64,000 bases of DNA from Aequorivita sp. (lineage in GTDB: Bacteria > Bacteroidota > Bacteroidia > Flavobacteriales > Flavobacteriaceae), in NCBI GenBank assembly GCA_965219125.1, contig CBDCMO010000002.1:2086407-2150406 (forward strand). The letters run 5' to 3'. The translations under genes and the position numbers were made by a program. Every line of letters begins with the position of its first letter. The first letter of the stretch is position 1. The notes beneath the pieces were generated by a model that was given only the letters and a program-made list of their open reading frames with translations, did no database searches and was not told the origin of the DNA. Positions 37,201 through 46,692 of this stretch are shown here, in pieces.

Positions 37201-37397
37201 TAGTTAGATGTTAAAATTTTAGGCACACAATGTACCTATAAATAGGTAATACACACATAATCTATACGTTAAAATTGAAATGAATTTAACGTTTAACCAT
37301 AAAGTTGAAAGATTTTCTAAATTATTTCACCAAAGCGTAAAGCTAATTGCATTTGCCTACAAGTATATAAGCTTTACTTTTGCACATTCAAAATACT

Positions 37398-38453
37398 ATG
37401 ATGTTAGAAAATAAAGATCCTTTAAGAACGGGAATTTCAGAACTTGGCGAATTTGGTTTAATAGACCATCTTACCAAAAACTTCAAAATAAAACAAAAAA
37501 CCACTTTAAAAGGTATTGGCGATGATGCGGCAGTTATATCTCAAAATAAGGAAGAAGAAATAGTAATAACGACAGATTTGTTGGTTGAAAATGTTCATTT
37601 TGATTTAAGTTATGTGCCCTTAAAACATTTGGGTTATAAAGCGGTTGTAGTAAATTTAAGTGATGTTTATGCAATGAATGCAGCGGCTACACAGATAACG
37701 GTTTCTATAGCGGTTTCAAACCGTTTTCCGGTTGAAGCACTTGAAGAACTTTATAGTGGGATTACCGCAGCTGCAAAATATTATAATGTAGATGTAATTG
37801 GAGGCGATACAACCTCATCAACCACCGGCCTTTTAATTAGCGTAACGGCAATTGGTAGGGCAAAAAAAGATGAAATTCTATATCGCGACGGCGCAAAAGA
37901 AAATGATTTAGTAGTTATAACAGGAGATTTGGGCGCGGCTTATTTAGGTTTGCAAATTTTGGAACGCGAAAAGCAAGTTTTTAAAGTAAATCCAAATGCA
38001 CAACCCGATCTTGAACCATATTCCTATTTGGTTGAAAGACAATTAAAACCTGAAGCAAGAAAAGATATTTCAAAATTGTTGAAGGATTTGGGCGTAAAAC
38101 CTACTTCTATGATAGATATAAGCGACGGGCTTTCTTCAGAAATAATCCATATTTGCAAAAACTCTAAAGTAGGCTGCAAAATTTACGAAGAAAAATTACC
38201 GTTAGACCCACAAGTTATCACAACATGTGAAGAATTTAATCTCGATAGTACAACCGTAGCATTAAGCGGTGGCGAAGACTATGAATTGCTTTTTACCATT
38301 TCAACCGAAGATTTTATAAAAGTAAAAGGCAATCCAAGCCTAAGTATTGTTGGACATATTACTGCTGAAAAAGAAGGAATGCATTTAATAACAAGAGCTA
38401 ACACAAAAATACCTATTGTTGCGAGAGGTTGGAATAGTTTTACTGAGCAATAA
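37398..38453 (+). CDS. thiL: thiamine-monophosphate kinase ThiL
   Basis: GEFGLIDHL, GIGDDAAV, DLLVENVHF, GGDTTSS and GGEDYELLFT motifs. The ATG at 37398 is preferred to the TTG at 37380. Confidence 0.9.
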   Translation: MMLENKDPLRTGISELGEFGLIDHLTKNFKIKQKTTLKGIGDDAAVISQNKEEEIVITTDLLVENVHFDLSYVPLKHLGYKAVVVNLSDVYAMNAAATQITVSIAVSNRFPVEALEELYSGITAAAKYYNVDVIGGDTTSSTTGLLISVTAIGRAKKDEILYRDGAKENDLVVITGDLGAAYLGLQILEREKQVFKVNPNAQPDLEPYSYLVERQLKPEARKDISKLLKDLGVKPTSMIDISDGLSSEIIHICKNSKVGCKIYEEKLPLDPQVITTCEEFNLDSTTVALSGGEDYELLFTISTEDFIKVKGNPSLSIVGHITAEKEGMHLITRANTKIPIVARGWNSFTEQ

Positions 38454-38480
38454 GAAATGATTTCGAGATTCTAAAATGTG

Positions 38481-38708
38481 CTATTTTTTCTGAAATATTT
38501 TTGCTTCATCAGAATTTGCTTCCTTTAAAATGGGGGTTAGTTTCGCTAAACCACCAAAAGGGTTATCTACAACTTCACGATTACAAAGGGTACATCTATA
38601 TTCATTGATACTATCGCTTATTTTTCGGGTGATTAAATAATCGTGTCCTAGAACAGAACACAAAATACTAAGTGGAGAAAATGTAAAAACGTGGGGAGTT
38701 TTCTTCAT
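38481..38708 (-). CDS. small hypothetical protein
   Basis: 75-aa ORF with a hydrophobic N-terminal segment and a GH...C..C pattern. No confident family. Confidence 0.35.
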   Translation of the reverse strand: MKKTPHVFTFSPLSILCSVLGHDYLITRKISDSINEYRCTLCNREVVDNPFGGLAKLTPILKEANSDEAKIFQKK

Positions 38709-38791
38709 TCTGCTATTAAATTAATTTAATGATTGCTCTAACAGTGGCGAAATATAATTATTATTGAATCGCCATTATTCAAAATTTTGAA

Positions 38792-39562
38792 TTAATAGTT
38801 AAAAAGCACAATTTCTTCGACATTTGCAGTTTTTTCCAATGCAGCCATATGTCCACAATGCAATTTAAAAAGACTTACGCCCGTTTCCGTTGCCAATTCT
38901 TCCAAAGATGAAATGGGTAAAAGTGTATCTTCCGTTCCTGCAATAAGATATTTTGGTTTATTGAAATTTTTAAGAACTTGTGTCCGATCTTTCCTATTTT
39001 TCATTCCTAAAATATTCGAAACAATTCCTTCTACAGGATAGACGTAAGCTTCATTTTTAAGATTTTCTATTTCCATCTCAAAAATGCGTAAAGATTCTTC
39101 AGAAAATAAATTACTTATAGCCATACTTATAAAGGCTTTCGGCGTTTTATTCAAAACAGTAACTGCACGATCTCTAGTTTCTTTTTTCTCAGCATCATCT
39201 TCCTTTGAAGTAGAATTAATCAAGAAAAGCCTATCAACTTTTTCGTCATATTTATCGATTAGCGCCATAGCGACATAACCACCCATTGAATGTCCTACAA
39301 CAGTAGTTTCAAAAATTTGTAAATGCTCCAAAAGTTGAGCGACTACATCTGCCAACATTTCCATGGAATGAATTGGGGAAATCAATTCACTTTTGCCGTG
39401 ACCGGGAAGATCTATGGTTATAACTTTATGCTTTTCTGAAAGTGCTGGAATAAGTTTATCCCACATTGTGCTACTTTCCAAAAATCCGTGGATTAATAAT
39501 ATTGCCGAACCACTTCCGCAGCAGTTATAATGAACAGATTTTCCGAGGAATTTAAAAGTCAT
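38792..39562 (-). CDS. alpha/beta hydrolase
   Basis: HGFLES oxyanion region and the GHSMGG nucleophile elbow; 256 aa. Confidence 0.8.
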   Translation of the reverse strand: MTFKFLGKSVHYNCCGSGSAILLIHGFLESSTMWDKLIPALSEKHKVITIDLPGHGKSELISPIHSMEMLADVVAQLLEHLQIFETTVVGHSMGGYVAMALIDKYDEKVDRLFLINSTSKEDDAEKKETRDRAVTVLNKTPKAFISMAISNLFSEESLRIFEMEIENLKNEAYVYPVEGIVSNILGMKNRKDRTQVLKNFNKPKYLIAGTEDTLLPISSLEELATETGVSLFKLHCGHMAALEKTANVEEIVLFNY

Positions 39563-39598
39563 ATTTAAAGAAGAAATTTTGTTTAAATGGTCGTAGAT

Positions 39599-39745
39599 CT
39601 TGACTGCGCTGGACTAGACAAGTCAGTTTAGCTGCGACTTTTAAGACACATAAAAAAATTAAGAATCAAACTGTAAACTGCGATTTTAACTGCATTTAAA
39701 ATAGGAGTCAAACTGCCAACTGCCACTGAAAACTGCGACTTTTTT
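39599..39745. repeat. intergenic word-repeat region (solo REP half-site + AACTGC(C) heptamers)
   Basis: CTTGACTGCGCTGGAC (39599-39614) matches the REP right arm at 13 of 16 positions. AACTGCC AACTGCC ACTGAAA ACTGCGAC has period 7 (39711-39739). AAACTGT AAACTGC occurs at 39668-39681. Confidence 0.6.
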
Positions 39746-41038
39746 TCAACTGTTCATCAAATCTTCAATCTCTTCAGCCTCAATTGGTATATTTCGCATC
39801 AAATTAAAAGGTTCTCCTTTTTTCTGAATTACAACGTCATCTTCCAATCTGATTCCAAAACCTTCAGCAGGAATATAAATTCCAGGCTCAACGGTAAAGA
39901 CCATGTTTTCAGTCATTTTTTCCCATAAAATTCCGTAGTCGTGTGTGTCTAAACCCATATGATGACTCGTGCCGTGCATAAAATATTTTTTATAAGCTGG
40001 CCAATCTGGATTTTCATTTTTTACATCAGCTTTGTCCAAAAGTTTAAGGTCTAACAATTCTTTGGTCATTAATTTACCAACTTCAACGTGATACTCTTTC
40101 CAATAATTTCCCGGAACGAGCATTTTTGTAGCATCATCTTTTACGCGTTTTACAGCATCATAAACTTGGCGTTGGCGTTTACTGAATTTTCCGCTTACGG
40201 GTATTGTCCGCGTCATGTCGCTGGCATAATTGGCATATTCTGCGCCAACATCCAATAATATTAAATCGCCTTTTTTACATTGTTTGTTATTTTCAATATA
40301 ATGCAATACGTTTGCGCTATTGCCACTTGCAACAATTGGTGTATAGGCAAAACCGCGACTTCGGTTTCGGAGAAACTCGTGCATTAATTCTGCTTCAATT
40401 TCATATTCCCAAACGCCGGGTTTTACAAATTTTAGCAAACGCCTGAATCCCTTTTCAGTAATATCACACGCTTGCTGCAATAAATCCAATTCAATTTTAT
40501 CTTTTACCGAACGCAAACGCTGTAAAATAGGATTGCTTTTTGCCCAATTATGTGCTGGAAATTTTTCTTTTGCAGTTTTTATAAATCGGTCTTCACGCGT
40601 TTCGGTTTCTACACTTTGGCGGTAATGTTCGTTGGTGTTAAAGTAAATAGTTTCTGCTTGTGTCATTACTTCAAAGAAAATTTTATCAAATTCCTTTAGC
40701 CAAAAAACAGATTTTATGCCGCTAACTTCAGTTGCTTTTTCTTTTGTAAGTTTTTCGCCTTCCCAAACCGCAATATGGTCATTGGTTTCGGTAACAAACA
40801 ACATTTCGCGATGGTCTTTGTTTGGCGCATCCGGAAATAAAACCAACATACTATCTTCTTGATCAACACCGCTTAAATACAATAAATCTCTGTTTTGCTG
40901 AAATGGCATCGTGCTATCGGCACCAATCGGGAAAACGTCATTACTGTTGAAAACAGCCACACTTTTCGGCATCATTTGCGCCATAAAGTTTTTACGATTT
41001 TTTATATAAAGTTTGTTGTTAATTTGGTCGTATTTCAT
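39746..41038 (-). CDS. Xaa-Pro aminopeptidase (M24B, aminopeptidase P family)
   Basis: M24 metal-ligand motifs: LLDVGAEYANYASDMTRT, HGTSHHMGLDTHD, EPGIY, RLEDDV. 430 aa. Confidence 0.88.
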   Translation of the reverse strand: MKYDQINNKLYIKNRKNFMAQMMPKSVAVFNSNDVFPIGADSTMPFQQNRDLLYLSGVDQEDSMLVLFPDAPNKDHREMLFVTETNDHIAVWEGEKLTKEKATEVSGIKSVFWLKEFDKIFFEVMTQAETIYFNTNEHYRQSVETETREDRFIKTAKEKFPAHNWAKSNPILQRLRSVKDKIELDLLQQACDITEKGFRRLLKFVKPGVWEYEIEAELMHEFLRNRSRGFAYTPIVASGNSANVLHYIENNKQCKKGDLILLDVGAEYANYASDMTRTIPVSGKFSKRQRQVYDAVKRVKDDATKMLVPGNYWKEYHVEVGKLMTKELLDLKLLDKADVKNENPDWPAYKKYFMHGTSHHMGLDTHDYGILWEKMTENMVFTVEPGIYIPAEGFGIRLEDDVVIQKKGEPFNLMRNIPIEAEEIEDLMNS

Positions 41039-41069
41039 TTGTAGTTTTTTTATTTAATTTAAGGTAAAA

Positions 41070-41169
41070 CTTGTTTAATTGCAGCAAATAACAAGCTTAA
41101 CGATTTGGTTACCGAGCGAAGCCGAAGTACAAAATTAAGAGTTTTTAGGGCAAAGCTTGTTAATTGCAG
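41070..41169. repeat. structured divergent intergenic region: direct repeat, 9-bp inverted repeat and a short REP-like core
   Basis: CTTGTTTAATTGCAG (41070-41084) and CTTGTTAATTGCAG (41156-41169) are direct repeats. AACAAGCTT (41090-41098) / AAGCTTGTT (41153-41161) are inverted. Between them lies GGTTACCGAGCGAAGCCGAAGTAC (41107-41130). Confidence 0.7.
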
Positions 41170-41299
41170 TGTAAATTTTTTTAAGAAGGGTTAATTATTT
41201 ACATTTAGAATCTAAACTCATTCAATACAGGTCTTTACACAAAGGCATTGGATATTATTGTGAAATAGTAGATGAAAAAACCTTTATAAAACAATAGTT

Positions 41300-42928
41300 A
41301 TGAAAAAGATACATATACTTATTTCCGAAAAATTTAAAGTTTTGAACTTTTTGACAATTATGTTAATGCTATTTCTACTGTTTCCTAAAAATAGTTTAGC
41401 ACAAGACCCATACCAACTTGAATGGAGTAATGAATATTACACAGCTGGATTAAACAGAGCTAAATTTATAAAGCAAGATTCAGAAGGTAATATTATAGTT
41501 GGAGGAGACACAAATGAAAATGGTAATTTTGATTTTTTGGTGTTAAAATATACACCAGGAGGCATCTTGTTATGGAGTCAAGTGATCACTTTGCCAAGTG
41601 AAATTAGTGATACAGCCACTTCTTTTTTTATAGATTTAAACGACAATATTTTTATAGGTGGCGTTAGTGAAGAAAATTTTAATCCTACAACAAAAAGTGT
41701 TATTGTTAAATTAAATACAAATGGTGATATTTTATGGATACATGAATATTCCAATGATTTTATTGCAAGCGAGCCTTTTAATATTATAGGAGACAATCTG
41801 GGAAATACGTTTGTTACTGGTACGGTAGATAATATATTCCCTATAAAAATGGTTGTATATAAATTAGATGCAAATGGCAATCTTAGTTGGGATGTTAATT
41901 ATGGACCCGATAGTTCTACAGTTTATTATGGATGGAATTTAAGAATTATTGACGATACAATTTTTGCCGTAGGAGTATCATCAATTGGATCAGACAAAAA
42001 ATTAATACTTTTAAAATTTAATTTGAACGGTGCATTAATATATACAAATGAAACTTTTTTGGATAGCTCAGGTGTTGACGTAAGTAGTCATATAGATGCG
42101 GAAGGCAATTTGTATATCGGTCTATTTGGTGATTATAAAGTAATCAAGTTTGATTCTTTAGGAAATGAGGTTTGGCAATTTGGCTTGCCTACTAACCTAC
42201 CAGACAATGTAACGGCAGACAAAGTAAATGACATAATAACTGATGCGGATGGAAATGTCTATATTGCAGGGAGACACTATGGCGAAAATTATGATGATCC
42301 TGATAACTATACAAATGCAGATTTACAAGTTTTTAAAATATCAAGTGAAGGAGATGAATTATATAGCTATCGTTATGAAAATTTAAGCACAAATACAGCT
42401 GAAGATGCCTACAAACTTTATTTGGGATACAACGGCTATTTGGCAATTGGAGGTCTTAGTGGTGCCTCTGCAGATTCAGAGGCAGAATTTCTTGCCATTG
42501 TTCTAGACGAGTTAGGGGAGCCAATTGATATAATTAAGGATTATGAAGCAGGTAGAGACAATGCAATTAATTCAATAATATTGGATGAATACCTAAACTT
42601 ATATGTAACAGGAGATGCCAATTTTAAGGCTAAAACGCAAAAATATTTATTTACTGGTGAGCTAGGCAACCCAAATTTTACGGCAGTAGAAAATAGTATT
42701 GCGCCTTATCCAAATCCGTTTTCAAATAGCCTTGAAATTGAGACAACTATTCTTTCAGGATTGGTTCATTTTACAATTTACAATTCTAACGGCTCTATTA
42801 TAAGTAAAAGTTCATTTATGAACGGCGATAAAGAAACTATAAATACAAGCTCACTGCCAAGTGGATTTTATTTTTACACAATTATCAATGGTGAGATAAA
42901 TAAATCTGGTAAATTAATTAAGAAATAG
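41300..42928 (+). CDS. T9SS type A sorting-domain protein with SBBP-like beta-propeller repeats
   Basis: Signal peptide (NSLAQD). Repeats of the form GN.(Y/F)(V/I).G......(D).....K....G...W. C-terminal APYPNPFSNSLEIE...LPSGFYFYTIINGEINKSGKLIKK is a type A CTD. Confidence 0.7.
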   Translation: MKKIHILISEKFKVLNFLTIMLMLFLLFPKNSLAQDPYQLEWSNEYYTAGLNRAKFIKQDSEGNIIVGGDTNENGNFDFLVLKYTPGGILLWSQVITLPSEISDTATSFFIDLNDNIFIGGVSEENFNPTTKSVIVKLNTNGDILWIHEYSNDFIASEPFNIIGDNLGNTFVTGTVDNIFPIKMVVYKLDANGNLSWDVNYGPDSSTVYYGWNLRIIDDTIFAVGVSSIGSDKKLILLKFNLNGALIYTNETFLDSSGVDVSSHIDAEGNLYIGLFGDYKVIKFDSLGNEVWQFGLPTNLPDNVTADKVNDIITDADGNVYIAGRHYGENYDDPDNYTNADLQVFKISSEGDELYSYRYENLSTNTAEDAYKLYLGYNGYLAIGGLSGASADSEAEFLAIVLDELGEPIDIIKDYEAGRDNAINSIILDEYLNLYVTGDANFKAKTQKYLFTGELGNPNFTAVENSIAPYPNPFSNSLEIETTILSGLVHFTIYNSNGSIISKSSFMNGDKETINTSSLPSGFYFYTIINGEINKSGKLIKK

Positions 42929-43059
42929 ATACAGGGCAAATACAAAAATAAAATATAAGAATTTAAAAATAATTGTTGATTTAGAATATGTGATATAATT
43001 ACGTAATTTTTTGATAAACTTTGGTTAATTTGTTACTTTCAACATCCAAACTTTATCCT

Positions 43060-45906
43060 ATGAAATTATATTTATGTTCAGTATTATTTTTCATTTCAAT
43101 TACAGTATTTGCACAACAACCCGCAACTTCGTCCGAAGCTATAAAATCCGGTATAGAAACCAAAACAGCTCAGCTTTCAAATTCGCTTGTAAAAAACATC
43201 CCTTTCAAAAGCATCGGCCCAACAATTATGAGCGGTCGTGTGGTAGATTTGGCGGTAAACCTAAAAAATCCAACCGAATTTTACGCAGCCTACGCAAGTG
43301 GCGGACTTTGGCATACCGTAAATAACGGAACCTCTTTCGAACCAATAATGGACAACGCCCCAACCCAAAACATTGGTTGTGTTTCGGTAGATTTTAACAA
43401 CGGAACAATTTGGGTTGGGACTGGAGAAATCAACGCTTCCCGCTCATCGTATGCTGGTATCGGAATTTTTAAATCTAACGATAAAGGCAAAACTTGGCAA
43501 AATATGGGGCTTGCAGATTCACACCATATAAGTTCTATTTTAATCAACCCAAAAAATCCTGATGAGGTTGTTGTTGGTGTTTTAGGTCATTTGTATTCTC
43601 CAAACGAAGAGCGCGGAATTTTTAAAACTATAGACGGTGGTAAAACTTGGAACAAAACACTTTTTGTTGACAATGAAACGGGCGTTGTTGAAGTTTCAAC
43701 CGACCCAACAAACTTTAATATTATTTACGCTTCAACTTGGCAAAAAGACCGAAAAGCGTGGAATTTTAAAGGAAATGGGAATGGCAGCGGCATTTACAAA
43801 TCTATAGATTCAGGAAATTCTTGGACGAAAGTTTCGGTTGAAGGCAGCGGTTTTCCTACGGGCGAAGGCGTTGGTCGTATCGGTACTGCCGTTGTAAATG
43901 AAAATACGGTTTATGCAATAGTTGACAATCAAAATCATCGGAAAGAAGAAGCAAAAAAGGAAACTTCAACTACAAAAATGCTTCGGAAAGACGATTTTAA
44001 AGTGATGACATCTTCTCAATTTCTAGCTTTAGACGATAAAATGTTGGAAGAATATCTTCGGAATAATGGCTTTCAGGAAAAATATAAAGCTGAAAGTGTA
44101 AAGAAAATGATGAAAGATGGAACCATAAATCCAACCGATTTATCAAAATATCTTGAAGACGCAAACACCGCCCTTTTTGAAACACCCGTTATTGGGGCTG
44201 AAGTCTATAAAAGTACAGATGGCGGAAAAAGTTGGAAAAAAACCCACGACGGTTTTATAGAAGATTTGTATTATAGTTATGGTTATTACTTTGGAAAAAT
44301 TCACGTATCACCACAAAACCCTGATAAAATTTATATTTATGGTGTACCAATACTAAAATCTGATAATGGTGGAAAAACTTTTGAAAGCATAAGCACAAAC
44401 AATGTTCATAGCGATCACCACGCACTTTGGATTGACCCAAATTTAAACGGTCATTTAATAAACGGTAACGATGGCGGCGTAAATATTACGTACGATGATG
44501 GTAAAAATTGGATTAAAAATAACACACCTGCCGTTGGTCAATTCTATTCAATAAATGTAGATAATGCAGAGCCTTACAATGTTTACGGCGGTTTACAGGA
44601 TAACGGTGTTTGGGTTGGTCCGCATAATTATGAAGAAAATGTAGGTTGGCTACAAAACGGAAAATATGGGTTTGAATTTATTATGGGCGGCGATGGTATG
44701 CAAGTGCAAGTTGATTCAAGAAATAATAAAATAGTCTATACAGGTTTTCAGTTTGGAAATTATTACCGTTTAAATCGCGATGAAGAAGAGCCAACCTACA
44801 TTCAACCAAAGCACGAATTGGGCGATAGTCCGTATCGTTTTAACTGGCAAACGCCTATTTTATTAAGCCCACACAATCAAGATATTCTGTATATGGGAAC
44901 TAATAAATTATTGCGCAGTTTTAACCAAGGTGACGATTGGACTGCAATTTCAGGCGATTTAACCCAAGGTGAAAAACAAGGGAATGTAGCTTATGGCACA
45001 CTCTCAACCATTAGCGAATCGCCTTTGCAATTTGGTTTACTTTATACAGGAAGCGACGATGGTTTGGTTTACGTGAGCAATGATGATGGTGGAAATTGGA
45101 GGAATATTTCAACAACATTTCCAAAAGATTTATGGGTAAGTCGCGTAATTGCTTCAACATATAAAAAAGAACGGGTTTATGTAACCTTAAACGGCTATCG
45201 TTGGGACGATTTTAAACCGTATGTTTATATGAGTAACGATTTTGGTACAACCTTTAAAAATATAAGTAGCAATTTGCCAATTGGCGCCGTAAATGTTATA
45301 AAGGAAGACCCGAATAATGAGGCTATTCTTTATTTAGGAACAGATAATGGAGCGTACGTTTCATTAAATAGCGGCGAAAGCTGGAACGAATTTAACGGTG
45401 GTTTGCCAAATGTTGCGGTTCACGATTTGATAATTCAGAAAAGGGACAAAGATTTGGTTCTCGGCACGCACGGAAGGTCTATTTATGTTGCAGATATTTC
45501 ACTACTTGAAAGTTTGAATAATCAAAATACAAATGAAGTTGTAGTTGCAAATCTTGAAAAAACTAAAGCATCTCGCCGATGGGGCAGTAAATTTGGCGCT
45601 TACGGCGAAGTTTATGAACCAAAAACAAATATTCAATTTTACAGTCCACAGAACGGGAAAGCGACAATTAAAATTGCTTCGGAAGAAGGAAAGGTTTTAA
45701 ATGAATTTTCAAAAGAAGCAAATAAAGGTGTAAATATTGTTGAATACAATCTTTCACTTTCAGAAAAAGGCGTGAAGGAGTTAGAAAAATCTTCAACAAA
45801 ATTGAAAAAAGCTGAAAATGAAACCTTCTATCTTCCGAAGGGAAAATATAAAGTTTCTGTTGAAGTAAACGGAAAAACTTCAACTTCAGTTTTAGAAATT
45901 GAATAA
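43060..45906 (+). CDS. BNR/sortilin(VPS10)-like repeat glycosyl-hydrolase-like secreted protein
   Basis: Signal peptide (ITVFAQQ) and at least 9 S.D.G.(T/S)W motifs (SNDKGKTWQ, TIDGGKTWN, SIDSGNSWT, STDGGKSWK, SNDDGGNWR...). ATG at 43060 is preferred. Confidence 0.75.
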   Translation: MKLYLCSVLFFISITVFAQQPATSSEAIKSGIETKTAQLSNSLVKNIPFKSIGPTIMSGRVVDLAVNLKNPTEFYAAYASGGLWHTVNNGTSFEPIMDNAPTQNIGCVSVDFNNGTIWVGTGEINASRSSYAGIGIFKSNDKGKTWQNMGLADSHHISSILINPKNPDEVVVGVLGHLYSPNEERGIFKTIDGGKTWNKTLFVDNETGVVEVSTDPTNFNIIYASTWQKDRKAWNFKGNGNGSGIYKSIDSGNSWTKVSVEGSGFPTGEGVGRIGTAVVNENTVYAIVDNQNHRKEEAKKETSTTKMLRKDDFKVMTSSQFLALDDKMLEEYLRNNGFQEKYKAESVKKMMKDGTINPTDLSKYLEDANTALFETPVIGAEVYKSTDGGKSWKKTHDGFIEDLYYSYGYYFGKIHVSPQNPDKIYIYGVPILKSDNGGKTFESISTNNVHSDHHALWIDPNLNGHLINGNDGGVNITYDDGKNWIKNNTPAVGQFYSINVDNAEPYNVYGGLQDNGVWVGPHNYEENVGWLQNGKYGFEFIMGGDGMQVQVDSRNNKIVYTGFQFGNYYRLNRDEEEPTYIQPKHELGDSPYRFNWQTPILLSPHNQDILYMGTNKLLRSFNQGDDWTAISGDLTQGEKQGNVAYGTLSTISESPLQFGLLYTGSDDGLVYVSNDDGGNWRNISTTFPKDLWVSRVIASTYKKERVYVTLNGYRWDDFKPYVYMSNDFGTTFKNISSNLPIGAVNVIKEDPNNEAILYLGTDNGAYVSLNSGESWNEFNGGLPNVAVHDLIIQKRDKDLVLGTHGRSIYVADISLLESLNNQNTNEVVVANLEKTKASRRWGSKFGAYGEVYEPKTNIQFYSPQNGKATIKIASEEGKVLNEFSKEANKGVNIVEYNLSLSEKGVKELEKSSTKLKKAENETFYLPKGKYKVSVEVNGKTSTSVLEIE

Positions 45907-45958
45907 TTTGGCGTATTTTAATGAAAATTAAATAGTTATCAATGCGTTCAAGAATAAT

Positions 45959-45989
45959 TTGCCAGACAACTGTTTCAACCGTACTTTTG
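45959..45989 (+). promoter_or_regulatory. candidate Bacteroidota promoter of the sdh operon
   Basis: TTG (45959-45961), a 20-nt spacer, then TACTTTTG (45982-45989) fitting TAnnTTTG. Ends 29 nt upstream of the sdhC ATG. Confidence 0.5.
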
Positions 45990-46018
45990 TAACTCAATTC
46001 TAGAAAAACCTCCACAAT

Positions 46019-46681
46019 ATGGGAATATTATCCGCTTCAATCGCCAAGAAATTTGCCATGGCACTTTCTGGTTTATTTCTTGTCTTTTTTCTTGCCCAGC
46101 ATTTTGTAATTAACTTTTCGGCTGTATTTGGTGCAGAGACATTTAATGCTTGGTCAGATTTTATGGGTGCAAATCCGATAGTTCAATTTATTTTACAACC
46201 AATTTTGATTTTTGGCGTAGTATTTCACTTTGTAATGGGAATTGTTCTTGAAATTCAAAATAATAGAGCTAGGCAGATTTCGTATAAAGTATATAAAGGC
46301 AATAAAAATAGTACTTGGGCTTCAAGAAATATGATTATTTCTGGAGCCGTTGTTTTGGCCTTTTTAGGACTTCACTTTTACGATTTTTGGGTGCCAGAAT
46401 TAGTTTATAAGTATGTTGAAACTAACGATCCTGTAATAAGTAGATATTATCCAGAATTGCTTCATAAATTTGAAAGCCCCGTAAGAACAGGTCTTTATTG
46501 CTTAGCGTTTATATTGCTAATGATTCATTTATGGCACGGCTTTGCCTCGTCATTTCAAAGCATTGGTTTCAACAATAAGTACAGTAAAGCATTACAGGGT
46601 TTCACAAAATTCTACGCAATCTTTATTCCTTCGGGCTTTATATTTATTGCACTTTATCTTCATTTTAATCAAATTCACTAA
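46019..46681 (+). CDS. sdhC: succinate dehydrogenase cytochrome b subunit (b558 family)
   Basis: 220-aa ORF with five hydrophobic helices and conserved His residues. Lies directly upstream of sdhA. Confidence 0.85.
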   Translation: MGILSASIAKKFAMALSGLFLVFFLAQHFVINFSAVFGAETFNAWSDFMGANPIVQFILQPILIFGVVFHFVMGIVLEIQNNRARQISYKVYKGNKNSTWASRNMIISGAVVLAFLGLHFYDFWVPELVYKYVETNDPVISRYYPELLHKFESPVRTGLYCLAFILLMIHLWHGFASSFQSIGFNNKYSKALQGFTKFYAIFIPSGFIFIALYLHFNQIH

Positions 46682-46692
46682 AAGCAAAGAAC

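Noticed and set aside
37201-37397. TPP riboswitch upstream of thiL.
   Set aside because: There is no CUGAGA-type core or conserved TPP aptamer helices in the spacer. thiL is also not usually riboswitch-controlled.
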